The position numbers were made by a program, and so were the translations under genes. A model generated the notes under the pieces. That model saw only the letters and a list, made by a program, of their open reading frames with translations. It did not search any database and was not told the origin of the DNA. Below are positions 8,051 to 16,929 of a stretch of 20,000 nucleotides of DNA, in pieces; the stretch's first letter is position 1, and each line of letters begins with the position of its first letter. The stretch comes from an uncultured virus (IMG/VR IMGVR_UViG_3300042691_024885) (lineage: Duplodnaviria > Heunggongvirae > Uroviricota > Caudoviricetes): the IMG/VR virus record IMGVR_UViG_3300042691_024885. One strand, 5' to 3'.

Positions 8051-9051
8051 TGGAAACAAATATCATTGATCAATTTAAGAGTCAATTAGGAAGAGAATCC
8101 GCTTTAGCGGGTATTATGGGGTCTGATTTAACATCAACCAGAAAAGACTTTGCACCTCAGAATGAGAATGAGGATAAAGGTAATGATAAAAGAGAGTCTT
8201 CTTCTGATTATCTTAAAGATGGCGTTACACTTAAACAAGTCTATGAATTAGTTAAGAACAAAAAATTAAGTAATAATAAAATTAAACAAGAAATAAAAAA
8301 ATTACTTAAGAACTCTGAAGAACTCAATGATTTTTTAAAATCATTTATTAGAAAGGAAACCAATGAAGATGTGTCTTTAGATGATACCGTTGGTAAATAT
8401 ACAGGATCCGTTTCAGGTGTTGTTGGTAGTAGAAATGAGAACAAGGAAGCGACGGCATCAGGAGGTGGAGTTGGTGCGTACGATACTCCTTTATTCGGTG
8501 ATATGAAAGAAGAAAAATTAAAAGGAGGAAAGGCAGATAAAAAAACTTTTACTGATTTAGTGAACAAAAACAAAATAAAAGGAAAAGATATTGGTGAGAT
8601 TAAAAAAGAACTATTAAAACAACTTAATAAAGGTATTAAAGTTGAAACGGAACACACTGATGATGAATCTGAGGCTAAAGAGATTGCTTTGGATCATTTG
8701 TTTGAGGATCCTAATTATTATGACAAATTAAAGAAAGTTGAAACTAAAGAGGCAACATCTTCAGGTGCTGGAGTTGGTGCGTATGAAACACCCGCCGCTT
8801 GGGCAAAAACTACAAGTAAAAAACATTGGAGAGGAAAATCAAAAACACAAATACCTGGAGGAAAATTCGTTCAGGTTAAAAAAAAATGTAAACGTTTTCC
8901 ATATTGTAATCAAGGGGATATTAAAGCTCTTAAAATTTTTGAAAATCAAACCTTAAATAAGGTTATTAATGAAATAAGTGATAAATATGATATTCACAAA
9001 GATCTAATAATTGATATTATTTCTAATGAGTTTAAAAAATTGAATAAATAA
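8050..9051 (+). CDS. Hypothetical protein with DUF5661-like domain and two internal KEAT..G.GVGAY.TP repeats
   Basis: KGIKVETEHT...AKEIALDHLFEDPNYYDKL matches the G..VE.EH...IA.DHL.E...YY..L pattern. Repeats at 8443-8490 and 8746-8793. C-terminal CKRFPYC motif. Confidence 0.7.
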   Translation: METNIIDQFKSQLGRESALAGIMGSDLTSTRKDFAPQNENEDKGNDKRESSSDYLKDGVTLKQVYELVKNKKLSNNKIKQEIKKLLKNSEELNDFLKSFIRKETNEDVSLDDTVGKYTGSVSGVVGSRNENKEATASGGGVGAYDTPLFGDMKEEKLKGGKADKKTFTDLVNKNKIKGKDIGEIKKELLKQLNKGIKVETEHTDDESEAKEIALDHLFEDPNYYDKLKKVETKEATSSGAGVGAYETPAAWAKTTSKKHWRGKSKTQIPGGKFVQVKKKCKRFPYCNQGDIKALKIFENQTLNKVINEISDKYDIHKDLIIDIISNEFKKLNK

Positions 9052-9053
9052 AG

Positions 9054-9061
9054 ATATTTAT
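9054..9061 (+). promoter_or_regulatory. Putative phage-specific (late) promoter motif ATATTTAT
   Basis: Same 8-mer lies in sense orientation upstream of at least 7 genes in this window. Confidence 0.6.
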
Positions 9062-9074
9062 AATAAAAAACAAA

Positions 9075-10214
9075 ATGGGAAAAGATAAATATATTGATGA
9101 TTTATTAAAAAAAGTTTTAAATGAAACTTTGGAAGATAAGGCAAACGAAATAATGGAAAAATTGAAATTTAATCCTCCTGGATCTTCATTTGATTATGTA
9201 CAAGAAGGTAGTGTTTGTGAACAATGTGGTGGTGAAGTTATGGAAGGTAGTGTTTGTGAACAATGTTCTATGAAAGAAGGTGAGGTGATGGAAAAACTTC
9301 ATGGAAAACAAAGAAAACTTGATTTAAATAAGAATAACAAAATAGATGCGGGAGATTTCAAACTATTAAGAAAAGGTAAGAAATCAAGTATGGGTGAAAA
9401 TGAAATGGAGGAAGGCAACGCTTTTACTGGAGCACTTTCAAGGGCGAAAAAAGAAGGTAAAGACACTTTTGAAGTTGATGGTAAAAAATATCACGTAAAA
9501 GAATCAAATGATGATGAGGTTTTATATAGATTAGAAAATATTGAGGATAGTGCTTTATTTACCGAAGATGAAATGGTTGATATTATTGAAAGAATTATTA
9601 AAGAAGAAAATAATATTAAAAATACACCAACACCGGCGGGATATACTTATTATGAAAAGGCTCATAAAGGGTCTGGTAAGGAAGAGGATGATTATATGAA
9701 ACTTCTTGCAAAGAAAATGAAAGATTATCTAAAGGATGGATCTAAAGGAGATTTTGATATGAACCCTAAACATTTCCCAAAAGGAAACGGAGAACTTGAA
9801 AAAATGAAGGCTAAAAAATATACGATGTCTGATGACGGAAAAGAATTTTTGGATGATTTTATGAGACCAGGAATGGAAAATCTTGATTATGATGAAATAC
9901 ATCCTGATGAAGATTGGATGAAAGATAATATTGAAGGATCGTCAAGAACCGGAAATAATCCTGAATGGGCAAACGCAGTTGAAACTGATTTAGGTGAAAA
10001 AATTAATAAGAAAAGAAAGGCCAATAAATACGCCAAAGCAAAAAGACAAGCTTATAGAAAATCAAAACAGCCTGTTACTGATGGTGTTGGTGAAAATGCC
10101 GGTCAAGGTATTGACATTAAAGTAGAATCCATTGATGAAAAAAAGGGAATTAAACTTAATGAGGAATTTGATAGAATTAAAAACTTAATGTCTTACACCA
10201 AAAAAACTCAATAA
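9075..10214 (+). CDS. Hypothetical charged protein with two CxxC repeats and an EF-hand-like loop, probable head/internal virion protein
   Basis: EGSVCEQC twice, DLNKNNKIDAGD loop, EGNAFTGAL...FEVDGKKY motif, C-terminal LNEEFDRIKNLM. Confidence 0.7.
   Translation: MGKDKYIDDLLKKVLNETLEDKANEIMEKLKFNPPGSSFDYVQEGSVCEQCGGEVMEGSVCEQCSMKEGEVMEKLHGKQRKLDLNKNNKIDAGDFKLLRKGKKSSMGENEMEEGNAFTGALSRAKKEGKDTFEVDGKKYHVKESNDDEVLYRLENIEDSALFTEDEMVDIIERIIKEENNIKNTPTPAGYTYYEKAHKGSGKEEDDYMKLLAKKMKDYLKDGSKGDFDMNPKHFPKGNGELEKMKAKKYTMSDDGKEFLDDFMRPGMENLDYDEIHPDEDWMKDNIEGSSRTGNNPEWANAVETDLGEKINKKRKANKYAKAKRQAYRKSKQPVTDGVGENAGQGIDIKVESIDEKKGIKLNEEFDRIKNLMSYTKKTQ
9204..9266 (+). repeat. Exact 24-bp intragenic direct repeat (GAAGGTAGTGTTTGTGAACAATGT x2, period 39)
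   Basis: Copies at 9204-9227 and 9243-9266, in frame, each encoding EGSVCEQC. Confidence 0.9.
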
Positions 10215-10242
10215 TTTACAAAAAAATATTGTGTATTATAAT

Positions 10243-10270
10243 TTCTCCATAGGTTAGTTTCTATGGAGAA
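10243..10270 (+). promoter_or_regulatory. Inverted repeat sequestering the start codon of 10263..10727
   Basis: TTCTCCATAG (10243-10252) and CTATGGAGAA (10261-10270) form a perfect 10-bp stem with an 8-nt loop; ATG 10263 is in the right arm. Confidence 0.7.
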
Positions 10271-10727
10271 TTTTTTTAATTACATTACAAAGCCAATGAA
10301 CCAAGAAGATGTTGATATTTGGTTTAGAGTTAATAATATTATTCCTGAAAAAATGGAATTGTATTATGATTTTAGTTTTTCATTATACCAATTAATAATT
10401 GAGACATATCTTGGTGATGATAATAACGGTGAGACTAAATTGTTATTAAATGATGAGGATAAGAAAAAACATTTTGAATGGTGTTGGGATCAAACAATCA
10501 AAAACTTTAAAAAAGAAGAAATTGTTTTTAATAAAAAAGGAGAACATTACGAGTATTTTTTAAATTTCTTTACTGATATATTTTATAATCAAAATGAAAT
10601 AAAAATAAAGAACTCAATAGGAACATTCTTCAAAGATCTATTTGATAGAAATAAATCCTTTACCAAATCTGATCTTGATATGATAAGCGCAATATACAAA
10701 TCATTAGATAAAAATATGAATCTATAA
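10263..10727 (+). CDS. Hypothetical protein (154 aa, aromatic-rich)
   Basis: Intact ORF. No recognisable motif. Confidence 0.8.
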   Translation: MENFFNYITKPMNQEDVDIWFRVNNIIPEKMELYYDFSFSLYQLIIETYLGDDNNGETKLLLNDEDKKKHFEWCWDQTIKNFKKEEIVFNKKGEHYEYFLNFFTDIFYNQNEIKIKNSIGTFFKDLFDRNKSFTKSDLDMISAIYKSLDKNMNL

Positions 10728-10793
10728 TCTTTACATTAACTATTTGTGGTGTAGATTTGAAATAACATAAATAAACTTTTTTTTATATTGAAC

Positions 10794-10967
10794 ATGGAAA
10801 CAATAGAAAGAATTAAAACTCTTACAGAAGAACTTAGTGTTGATTTTACTAAATTTGAAAATGGTAACAAAAGCGCTGGAACTCGTGTTAGAAAAACATC
10901 TCAAGAATTGAAATCACTTTTGCAACAATTAAGAGGTGAAGTTTTGGAAGCAAGAAAAAAGGATTAA
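10794..10967 (+). CDS. Histone H1-like Hc1 family nucleoid protein (57 aa, not in the supplied ORF track)
   Basis: METIERIKTLTEELSVDFTKFENGNKSAGTRVRKTSQELKSLLQQLRGEVLEARKKD contains the family motif GNKxAGTRxRK...L..L...R. A TAGATTTG -7 box lies at 10752-10759. Confidence 0.85.
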   Translation: METIERIKTLTEELSVDFTKFENGNKSAGTRVRKTSQELKSLLQQLRGEVLEARKKD

Positions 10968-10968
10968 T

Positions 10969-11160
10969 ATGACTAGTATAGACACAATATATTTATTCAT
11001 TTTTGTCTTTTCATTGGTTGCTATTTTTAGATCTGTATTCAGGTTTATTATTTCCCTACTACAAGAGAACCCTGAAAAATTGGTTTTTAGTAGTAGGGAA
11101 ACCATTTTTATGGGTTTATTTATTACTTACATAATAACTTATTTAATACAAACTAACTAA
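10969..11160 (+). CDS. Small two-TM membrane protein (63 aa)
   Basis: ATG 1 nt after the Hc1 stop. Two hydrophobic helices, IYLFIFVFSLVAIF and IFMGLFITYIITYLI. Confidence 0.7.
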   Translation: MTSIDTIYLFIFVFSLVAIFRSVFRFIISLLQENPEKLVFSSRETIFMGLFITYIITYLIQTN

Positions 11161-11600
11161 TGGGGTTGTTCAACGAATTTAACATATTATTTCCTTACCT
11201 ACAATCTGTAAGGAAACTAAAAAACTATTTATCTTTTGATATACATTTTCCTGAAAATTGGAAATTACCAAAAAAATACGTTAATGAAAAATCTGTGGTA
11301 GAAAATGAAAAAAATACCGTAGGTTATAGATTTTTTTCGTTTGTTGCCGAATTTAACGAGCAATCTGTTAATGAAATAACTGATAGTATTAAGAATGTGA
11401 TTGCTTATAATAAAGAGAGAGAAGAGAAAGACAGACTATTTCAATCAAAGGTAAATGAGTTAAAATCAATATTTGAAAGACAAAATTTAAATAACCTACA
11501 ATCTTTGAAGTTTGAGATGGGTGAAAATAAAATAGAGTTGGAAGATGATGAAGAAGACAGTGAGCCGCACGGAAGGGATGCAAGAGTGGTTGAGGAGTGA
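11160..11600 (+). CDS. Hypothetical protein (146 aa)
   Basis: Intact ORF coupled by TAATG overlap. Coiled-coil segment and acidic tail. Confidence 0.75.
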   Translation: MGLFNEFNILFPYLQSVRKLKNYLSFDIHFPENWKLPKKYVNEKSVVENEKNTVGYRFFSFVAEFNEQSVNEITDSIKNVIAYNKEREEKDRLFQSKVNELKSIFERQNLNNLQSLKFEMGENKIELEDDEEDSEPHGRDARVVEE

Positions 11601-11751
11601 AATTGAAAAGGATAAGATTGATGTTGAAAAAGAAAAACTAAAATTTCTTAATGAGATCAAACAATTTAAAAAAGAAGATATTGTCCAACCAGTAGTAAAT
11701 AAACCTAAATTAACATTATGGGAGAAAATAAAGAAAATAATAGTGGGGTGA
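11545..11751 (+). CDS. Hypothetical protein (~68 aa)
   Basis: Protein-like composition ending LTLWEKIKKII; overlaps both neighbours. Confidence 0.6.
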   Translation: MMKKTVSRTEGMQEWLRSEIEKDKIDVEKEKLKFLNEIKQFKKEDIVQPVVNKPKLTLWEKIKKIIVG

Positions 11752-12041
11752 TTGAAAAATTAGCTCTAATTACAGATGGGTTACAAAACTTATTCCCAAA
11801 TGGAAAAACTGCCATAATTATTGAGTTGGATTATAAAGAATATAAAAAAATACAAAAAAACTTCAGGGACGTGGATAGTATGTATGAACAATTTAAGATT
11901 GATCTATCTGGTACTGAAATAATTTTTGTTTTAGAGAACACATTGGTTAAAGAAGAACCAAAAAAAATAGAACCAATTAAAAAGAGTATTTGGGATAGAT
12001 TATTCTTTAGAAAAAGTGGTAAATCTTCGGTAAAGAATTGA
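11718..12041 (+). CDS. Hypothetical protein (~107 aa)
   Basis: Intact ORF ending KKSIWDRLFFRK; the start could instead be GTG 11748. Confidence 0.65.
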   Translation: MGENKENNSGVIEKLALITDGLQNLFPNGKTAIIIELDYKEYKKIQKNFRDVDSMYEQFKIDLSGTEIIFVLENTLVKEEPKKIEPIKKSIWDRLFFRKSGKSSVKN

Positions 12042-12638
12042 TTTAGAATAACCTTGAGATTCTAAAATATTGTATAAATATTTTTTTTGTTCAATTGACG
12101 TATCTTTAACCCAAATTGTATCTATCCTACCTTGTTCCATAAAATATTGAGACATTAGATCAATAAATCTATCACAATCTTCCTCACTTTTTAATGAGAA
12201 AAGATCAATATTACTATCCTGTTGAACAGATATTTTATGATTTATTTTAGAAACTAATTTAACACCAACTTTAGGTAGGTATTTTCTTAAAAATATTGAT
12301 ACTGGTATCCTCTTTGAATTTTTAATATCAAAAATATATTCTTCTTTTTTAAATGGAGATATTTCTAATATACTAAAATCAGGATCTTCAATCTCAATTT
12401 TAATCTGTCTACCAAATTCATCTCTCACGTATAGGTTACCTTCATTTGTTTTTTTACCTACTAATGTGATTTCATAATTAGATGATTTACCATTTTCAGT
12501 TTTAACATCAAAAATAACGGATTTATTATCCTCTTTAATTTTATCAAAAAATTTTTTAGCATTATTAAAAGTTTTGAACTTCTTTATAATTCTTTTTTTT
12601 ACTTTATTTTTAAAAAGTACAATTGTATAGTTGTCCAT
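12000..12638 (-). CDS. Hypothetical protein (212 aa)
   Basis: Long intact minus-strand ORF with an ATATTTAT motif upstream (12673-12680 on the minus strand); 42-bp convergent overlap with the previous gene. Confidence 0.8.
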   Translation of the reverse strand: MDNYTIVLFKNKVKKRIIKKFKTFNNAKKFFDKIKEDNKSVIFDVKTENGKSSNYEITLVGKKTNEGNLYVRDEFGRQIKIEIEDPDFSILEISPFKKEEYIFDIKNSKRIPVSIFLRKYLPKVGVKLVSKINHKISVQQDSNIDLFSLKSEEDCDRFIDLMSQYFMEQGRIDTIWVKDTSIEQKKYLYNILESQGYSKSILYRRFTTFSKE

Positions 12639-12653
12639 TTTTTACTATATTTG
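12622..12653 (+). promoter_or_regulatory. Bacteroidota-type promoter for dnaJ (ATTG-N20-TATATTTG)
   Basis: TATATTTG 12646-12653 fits TAnnTTTG, with TTG about 20 nt upstream. Confidence 0.55.
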
Positions 12654-12698
12654 CAGTTGAATATCGTGAATTATAAATATAATTTAATCAACAAATAA

Positions 12699-13631
12699 AT
12701 GAATACTGAAAATTATTATGAAATACTTGGTGTTGATGAAAACGCAACACAAGAAGACATAAAAAAAGCATATAGAAAATTAGCTAAAGAAAACCATCCT
12801 GATAAAGGTGGGGATGAAGAAACATTTAAAAAGATTTCAGTTGCTTATGACTCATTAGGAGATGAAAACAAGAGAAAAGAATATGACTTCCAAAGAAAGA
12901 ATCCATTTGGTCAAGGCGGAGGAGGATATAATGACTTATTTCAAAAAATGTATGATCAAGCATTTGGTGGTACAAGAGAAAGAAATAGAGTTCATGATTT
13001 AGTTATTGATACTCAAGTAAATGTTATAGAATCTTATTTGGGTTCAAACAAAAAGATTACATACAAAAGAAAAATAAAATGTGATCCTTGTAATGGTGGT
13101 GGAGGAGATAAGGTTGTTTGTAATGGGTGTGGAGGTCAAGGTCATACTATTAGACAAATGGGTTCAGGAATGTTTGTTCAAATAGTTCAGGTTGCTTGTA
13201 ATGTTTGTAATGGTACTGGTCAAATGATTATTAAACCTTGTTATAATTGTCATGGAAGTGGAACAAAAGACGAAATGAAATCTGTTGAAATACAATTACC
13301 TCAAGGTATTGATGATGGTCAATTTGTAAGACTACAAGGTGTTGGTGATTTTAGGAATGGGATTTATGGTAATTTGGTTATTAGAGTAAGGTTGATTCCA
13401 TATAATAATTTTGAAAAATTAGGACAACATTTGGTTTACAATGCTTATTTTAATTATGAAGATCTTAAAAAAGATACTCTTGTAATACCACATCCTGATG
13501 GTGATTTATCTATTAAATTACCACAAGTATTTGATACAACAAAACCATTGAGAATTAAATCCAAAGGGTTTAAAAATGAAGTCATTGGGGATCTCCTAAT
13601 TAATCAGCATGTAAGATTTGAAAGGGATTAA
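12699..13631 (+). CDS. dnaJ: DnaJ/Hsp40 chaperone (class A)
   Basis: J domain with HPD (YYEILGV...[17 protein letters not shown]), short G/F region, four CxxCxGxG repeats, C-terminal substrate-binding domain. Confidence 0.95.
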   Translation: MNTENYYEILGVDENATQEDIKKAYRKLAKENHPDKGGDEETFKKISVAYDSLGDENKRKEYDFQRKNPFGQGGGGYNDLFQKMYDQAFGGTRERNRVHDLVIDTQVNVIESYLGSNKKITYKRKIKCDPCNGGGGDKVVCNGCGGQGHTIRQMGSGMFVQIVQVACNVCNGTGQMIIKPCYNCHGSGTKDEMKSVEIQLPQGIDDGQFVRLQGVGDFRNGIYGNLVIRVRLIPYNNFEKLGQHLVYNAYFNYEDLKKDTLVIPHPDGDLSIKLPQVFDTTKPLRIKSKGFKNEVIGDLLINQHVRFERD

Positions 13632-13786
13632 AATAGGGAGTACACTAATTTTATTATTTCAATAGTTCCATATACCGATGTCCCAAATATGTATGAACCG
13701 ATTATAACCATACCCCACTGATTTTTACTTAAACCTTTTTTACATACTCTACAACCTGTTACTTGAGTTGCTTTTTTCTTTTCCAT
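13628..13786 (-). CDS. Small CxxC + single-TM protein (52 aa, not in the supplied ORF track)
   Basis: [52 protein letters not shown] fills the dnaJ-methylase gap; ATATTTAT motif at 13807-13814 on the minus strand. Confidence 0.7.
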   Translation of the reverse strand: MEKKKATQVTGCRVCKKGLSKNQWGMVIIGSYIFGTSVYGTIEIIKLVYSLF

Positions 13787-13870
13787 AGTAAGTAATAATA
13801 TTTAAGATAAATATAAAAGTGAATTGATTTACCACTATAAATAAATTATAATTATAAGAAAAAATAAATT

Positions 13871-14722
13871 ATGTGTGTAAGTTATATAGGTGGTAAGTCA
13901 AAAATCGCCCCACAATTAATAATCCCTAATATCCCAAAAGATATTGAAACGTATGTTGAACCATTTAGTGGTCAATTTTGGACATTTTTTAAAATGAACT
14001 TGGAAGACTACCCAAATTTAAAAACTGTCGTTTATAACGATTTTAATAAATTGAATTATAATATGTATCAATGCTTAAAGGATCATAAACAACTCCTTCA
14101 GGAATGTGAGAAGTTGTTAATTCAAGAAAAAGGAGTTTACCCGACTAATCCAATTTGTGGAGAATTGTTCGCCAGGTTTCAGGCTGAAATATTTGATGAA
14201 AATTTCAGGGTTAAAGCTTATGATTATGAAACCGCAGCCAAATATGTTTATGTATTAACACAAGTATTTTCAGGATCTAACCCTGCTAAATCTAAATTCA
14301 TTGATTTAAAGGGTAAATATCACTCTAAATTCACATCATTTAAAAATAAGTTAAAAAATGAAAATTGGCAAAAAATGTTTGAAAGAATAGATTTTGTTGA
14401 AAATATGGACTTCCAAAACGTAATTGAAAAATATGATACCTCAACGACATATTTTTATGTTGACCCGCCTTATTATGTGGTTGGAGAAGGGAATTATTAC
14501 TCAAATCACGACTTTGATAGAAATGATCATGAGAGATTAGCCAAAACATTACACAATATAAAAGGTAAGTTTAGTCTTTCATATTATGACTTTGAACTAC
14601 TTCACGAATGGTTCCCTGAAGATCAATACAGATGGGAAAAGAAACAATTTGCCAAGGCGGCATCGGCAAAAAAAGGTGAGAAACAAAACATGGGAGAAGA
14701 GTTACTCATAATGAATTATTGA
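13871..14722 (+). CDS. DNA adenine methyltransferase, Dam/D12 class
   Basis: SYIGGKS, YVEPFSG, VYNDFN, catalytic YVDPPYY, KGKFSLSY, terminal EELLIMNY. Target sequence cannot be read from the window. Confidence 0.92.
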   Translation: MCVSYIGGKSKIAPQLIIPNIPKDIETYVEPFSGQFWTFFKMNLEDYPNLKTVVYNDFNKLNYNMYQCLKDHKQLLQECEKLLIQEKGVYPTNPICGELFARFQAEIFDENFRVKAYDYETAAKYVYVLTQVFSGSNPAKSKFIDLKGKYHSKFTSFKNKLKNENWQKMFERIDFVENMDFQNVIEKYDTSTTYFYVDPPYYVVGEGNYYSNHDFDRNDHERLAKTLHNIKGKFSLSYYDFELLHEWFPEDQYRWEKKQFAKAASAKKGEKQNMGEELLIMNY

Positions 14723-14772
14723 TTAGTTAAACATTTTTAATTTTTGTTATATTTATAGTAAAAAACAATCAA

Positions 14773-16617
14773 ATGGAATTAGTAAAAATTTTATCATCCG
14801 TAGTACAAGAAAAAGTTACCCCAAAGTTGAAGTTGACCGAGATATCAAATAAATTGATGAATCAACTAATTGTAAAGTTCAGTAAGGAAACTGAAGATGC
14901 TGAAGATCAAATTAAAACATATATTAACGACTTTGAAAAGATCAAAGCCGGATTACCAGCAGAAAAAAGAGATATTACAAAATATAGTTATGAACAATTG
15001 GTTTCTACTATTAGGTCTAAAAGAATCAAGAAAGAAGAAGGGGAGTTGTTCAAAAAGTATATGCCAAAAGTAAAAGGATCTGATCAAAGAGTTGTAAAGA
15101 GATTGATCAAAAAGTTTTTGGAGATTAGAGATCTACTTCCTAAAGGTGAGAGAGATTTAATGAGATATTCATATTTAAGATTAAGTGAATTAATTCAAAA
15201 CAAATTCCCAACTCTAATTACAAAATATGCTTATGATAAGTTTAGAAAGGAAAGAAGTGACTTAACTAATGAGCAGATATTATCATATGTGGAAAGATAT
15301 ATTGATCTGTATGATAGATTAGAACCAGGAACTCCACCAATTTTATTAATGTCATTTGATGATCTTGAGGCTGCGCTTGACCATTTACCTGATGGTGATG
15401 ATACTCAAACAAAGAAAACAGATGATTTTGGTGATATTGAAACTATCTATGATAAGGATAATTTATATATCTTTAAACCAAACGGGAAAGAACAATGTAT
15501 TAGATTGGCACATGGTAGACCTTGGTGTACATCAAGAATAGGTGGAGGTAACCTTTACTATAACTATCGTTTGGAGAACAACCTAACACTTTATTATGTT
15601 ATTGATAGAGATAAACCATATGATGATCTAAACTTTGCTGTTGTTATTCTTGTTGATACTTACGGTGGAAAAAGAATTGCTGACGGTAAAAATATGGCGG
15701 GAGGATTCTCAGGACATAGAGTTGAGAATTGGAGAACAATTTCAGAAAAAGTTCCTAAATTGGCAGATAAAGAATATTTGTTTACTCCAGATCCTCTAAC
15801 TGATAGAGAAAAAGCGTTATTGAGAAAGTACAAAAATATCTCCATCCAAGATGATGCGGTTAAGGAACTTGGATCTGTTGAGGATGCTGAATTTTGGCTT
15901 GAAATATCAAGTCCAAATCTAACAAACAGACCTAATGTTTATATTAATTTACCTGTTGAACTTAAAAAGAAATACATTTCATTGGGTATGGATTTAACTG
16001 GTGATATGATTAAGAACTCCGAACCTGAAGTTGTTAAATATTATTTGGCAAGAAAGATTGATTCTTTGAGAACAAAATCTTTATCACAACTTACAAGTGC
16101 GGATGTTACGTTGATCAATATGCCAACATTGAAAAACTTGAAAGAGGAATTAAAAGTTAAATATGCGGGTCAAGTAACAAGTGGAGGAGATTCAATAGTT
16201 GATATTAAGTATCCTAACGATGACAGCTCAAAATACATCGCATTGTTTGGTTTTGATGAGTTATTTAAAAATTTACCTGATACAATATCATATTTTACTT
16301 TGGTTAATAAATCAACAGATACTTTAAATTTGGATATACCACCATCAATTTCCAAGTTCAAAAACTTAATTGCGTTGGTTCTTGAAAATTGTGTTAAAAC
16401 ATTACCTGAAGAAATTGGACAAATAGATTCTTTAATGTTCTTAACTTTACAGAATAATCCTAATTTGGTATCTTTACCTGAATCTTTGGCTGATCTTGAT
16501 TTCTTGGAATTGATTTCATTGTCAGGATCAAGCCCGAATGTTCAAATACCGGAAAGACTTAGAAGAAAAATGATGGAAGAAGGAGACGGATTCTATCACA
16601 TTGATCACGAATCTTAA
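14773..16617 (+). CDS. Multidomain protein: N-terminal helical repeats, central WCT-motif domain, C-terminal leucine-rich repeats
   Basis: Repeat units ending RDITKYSYEQL, RDLMRYSYLRL and PILLMSFDDL; HGRPWCTS...YYNY...LYYVID; LRR units IPPSISKFKNLIALVL, LPEEIGQIDSLMFLTLQNN, LVSLPESLADLDFLELISL. Confidence 0.8.
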   Translation: MELVKILSSVVQEKVTPKLKLTEISNKLMNQLIVKFSKETEDAEDQIKTYINDFEKIKAGLPAEKRDITKYSYEQLVSTIRSKRIKKEEGELFKKYMPKVKGSDQRVVKRLIKKFLEIRDLLPKGERDLMRYSYLRLSELIQNKFPTLITKYAYDKFRKERSDLTNEQILSYVERYIDLYDRLEPGTPPILLMSFDDLEAALDHLPDGDDTQTKKTDDFGDIETIYDKDNLYIFKPNGKEQCIRLAHGRPWCTSRIGGGNLYYNYRLENNLTLYYVIDRDKPYDDLNFAVVILVDTYGGKRIADGKNMAGGFSGHRVENWRTISEKVPKLADKEYLFTPDPLTDREKALLRKYKNISIQDDAVKELGSVEDAEFWLEISSPNLTNRPNVYINLPVELKKKYISLGMDLTGDMIKNSEPEVVKYYLARKIDSLRTKSLSQLTSADVTLINMPTLKNLKEELKVKYAGQVTSGGDSIVDIKYPNDDSSKYIALFGFDELFKNLPDTISYFTLVNKSTDTLNLDIPPSISKFKNLIALVLENCVKTLPEEIGQIDSLMFLTLQNNPNLVSLPESLADLDFLELISLSGSSPNVQIPERLRRKMMEEGDGFYHIDHES

Positions 16618-16629
16618 AAAAACAATATT

Positions 16630-16929
16630 ATGGGAAATGTTGACGTTGAAATTTATCTATCGCAACTAATTAATTTCTTTGAGAATAATCCAAACGATCT
16701 AATGGAATTAATCGGAGAAGTTCAAAAGGATGACTTTTATAGGAAAGTTAAAGAGAAGTGTGAGGATAATTTGAAAAATGGCGAAGACATTAGTTTAACT
16801 AGAACCCAAATAGTTGATATTGTATTAGAACTTAAGTTTGGTGAAGTAGAGAGAGAAGGAAATGTTGTTGCACATAGTATTGATAAGTTTTTCCAAAAAA
16901 CAAAGTTCGGATTAATAGGATTAAATTAA
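16630..16929 (+). CDS. Hypothetical protein (99 aa)
   Basis: Intact ORF with A-rich start context. Confidence 0.75.
   Translation: MGNVDVEIYLSQLINFFENNPNDLMELIGEVQKDDFYRKVKEKCEDNLKNGEDISLTRTQIVDIVLELKFGEVEREGNVVAHSIDKFFQKTKFGLIGLN

Noticed and set aside
12701..12713. 13-nt match (GAATACTGAAAAT) between the reverse complement of spacer 1 and the dnaJ start region
   Set aside because: Too short and AT-rich. The flanks match only loosely and need a gap, so a chance hit in 20 kb is plausible; not accepted as self-targeting.
13871..14722. Restriction-modification system
   Set aside because: No adjacent restriction endonuclease recognised; an orphan protective methylase is the simpler reading.
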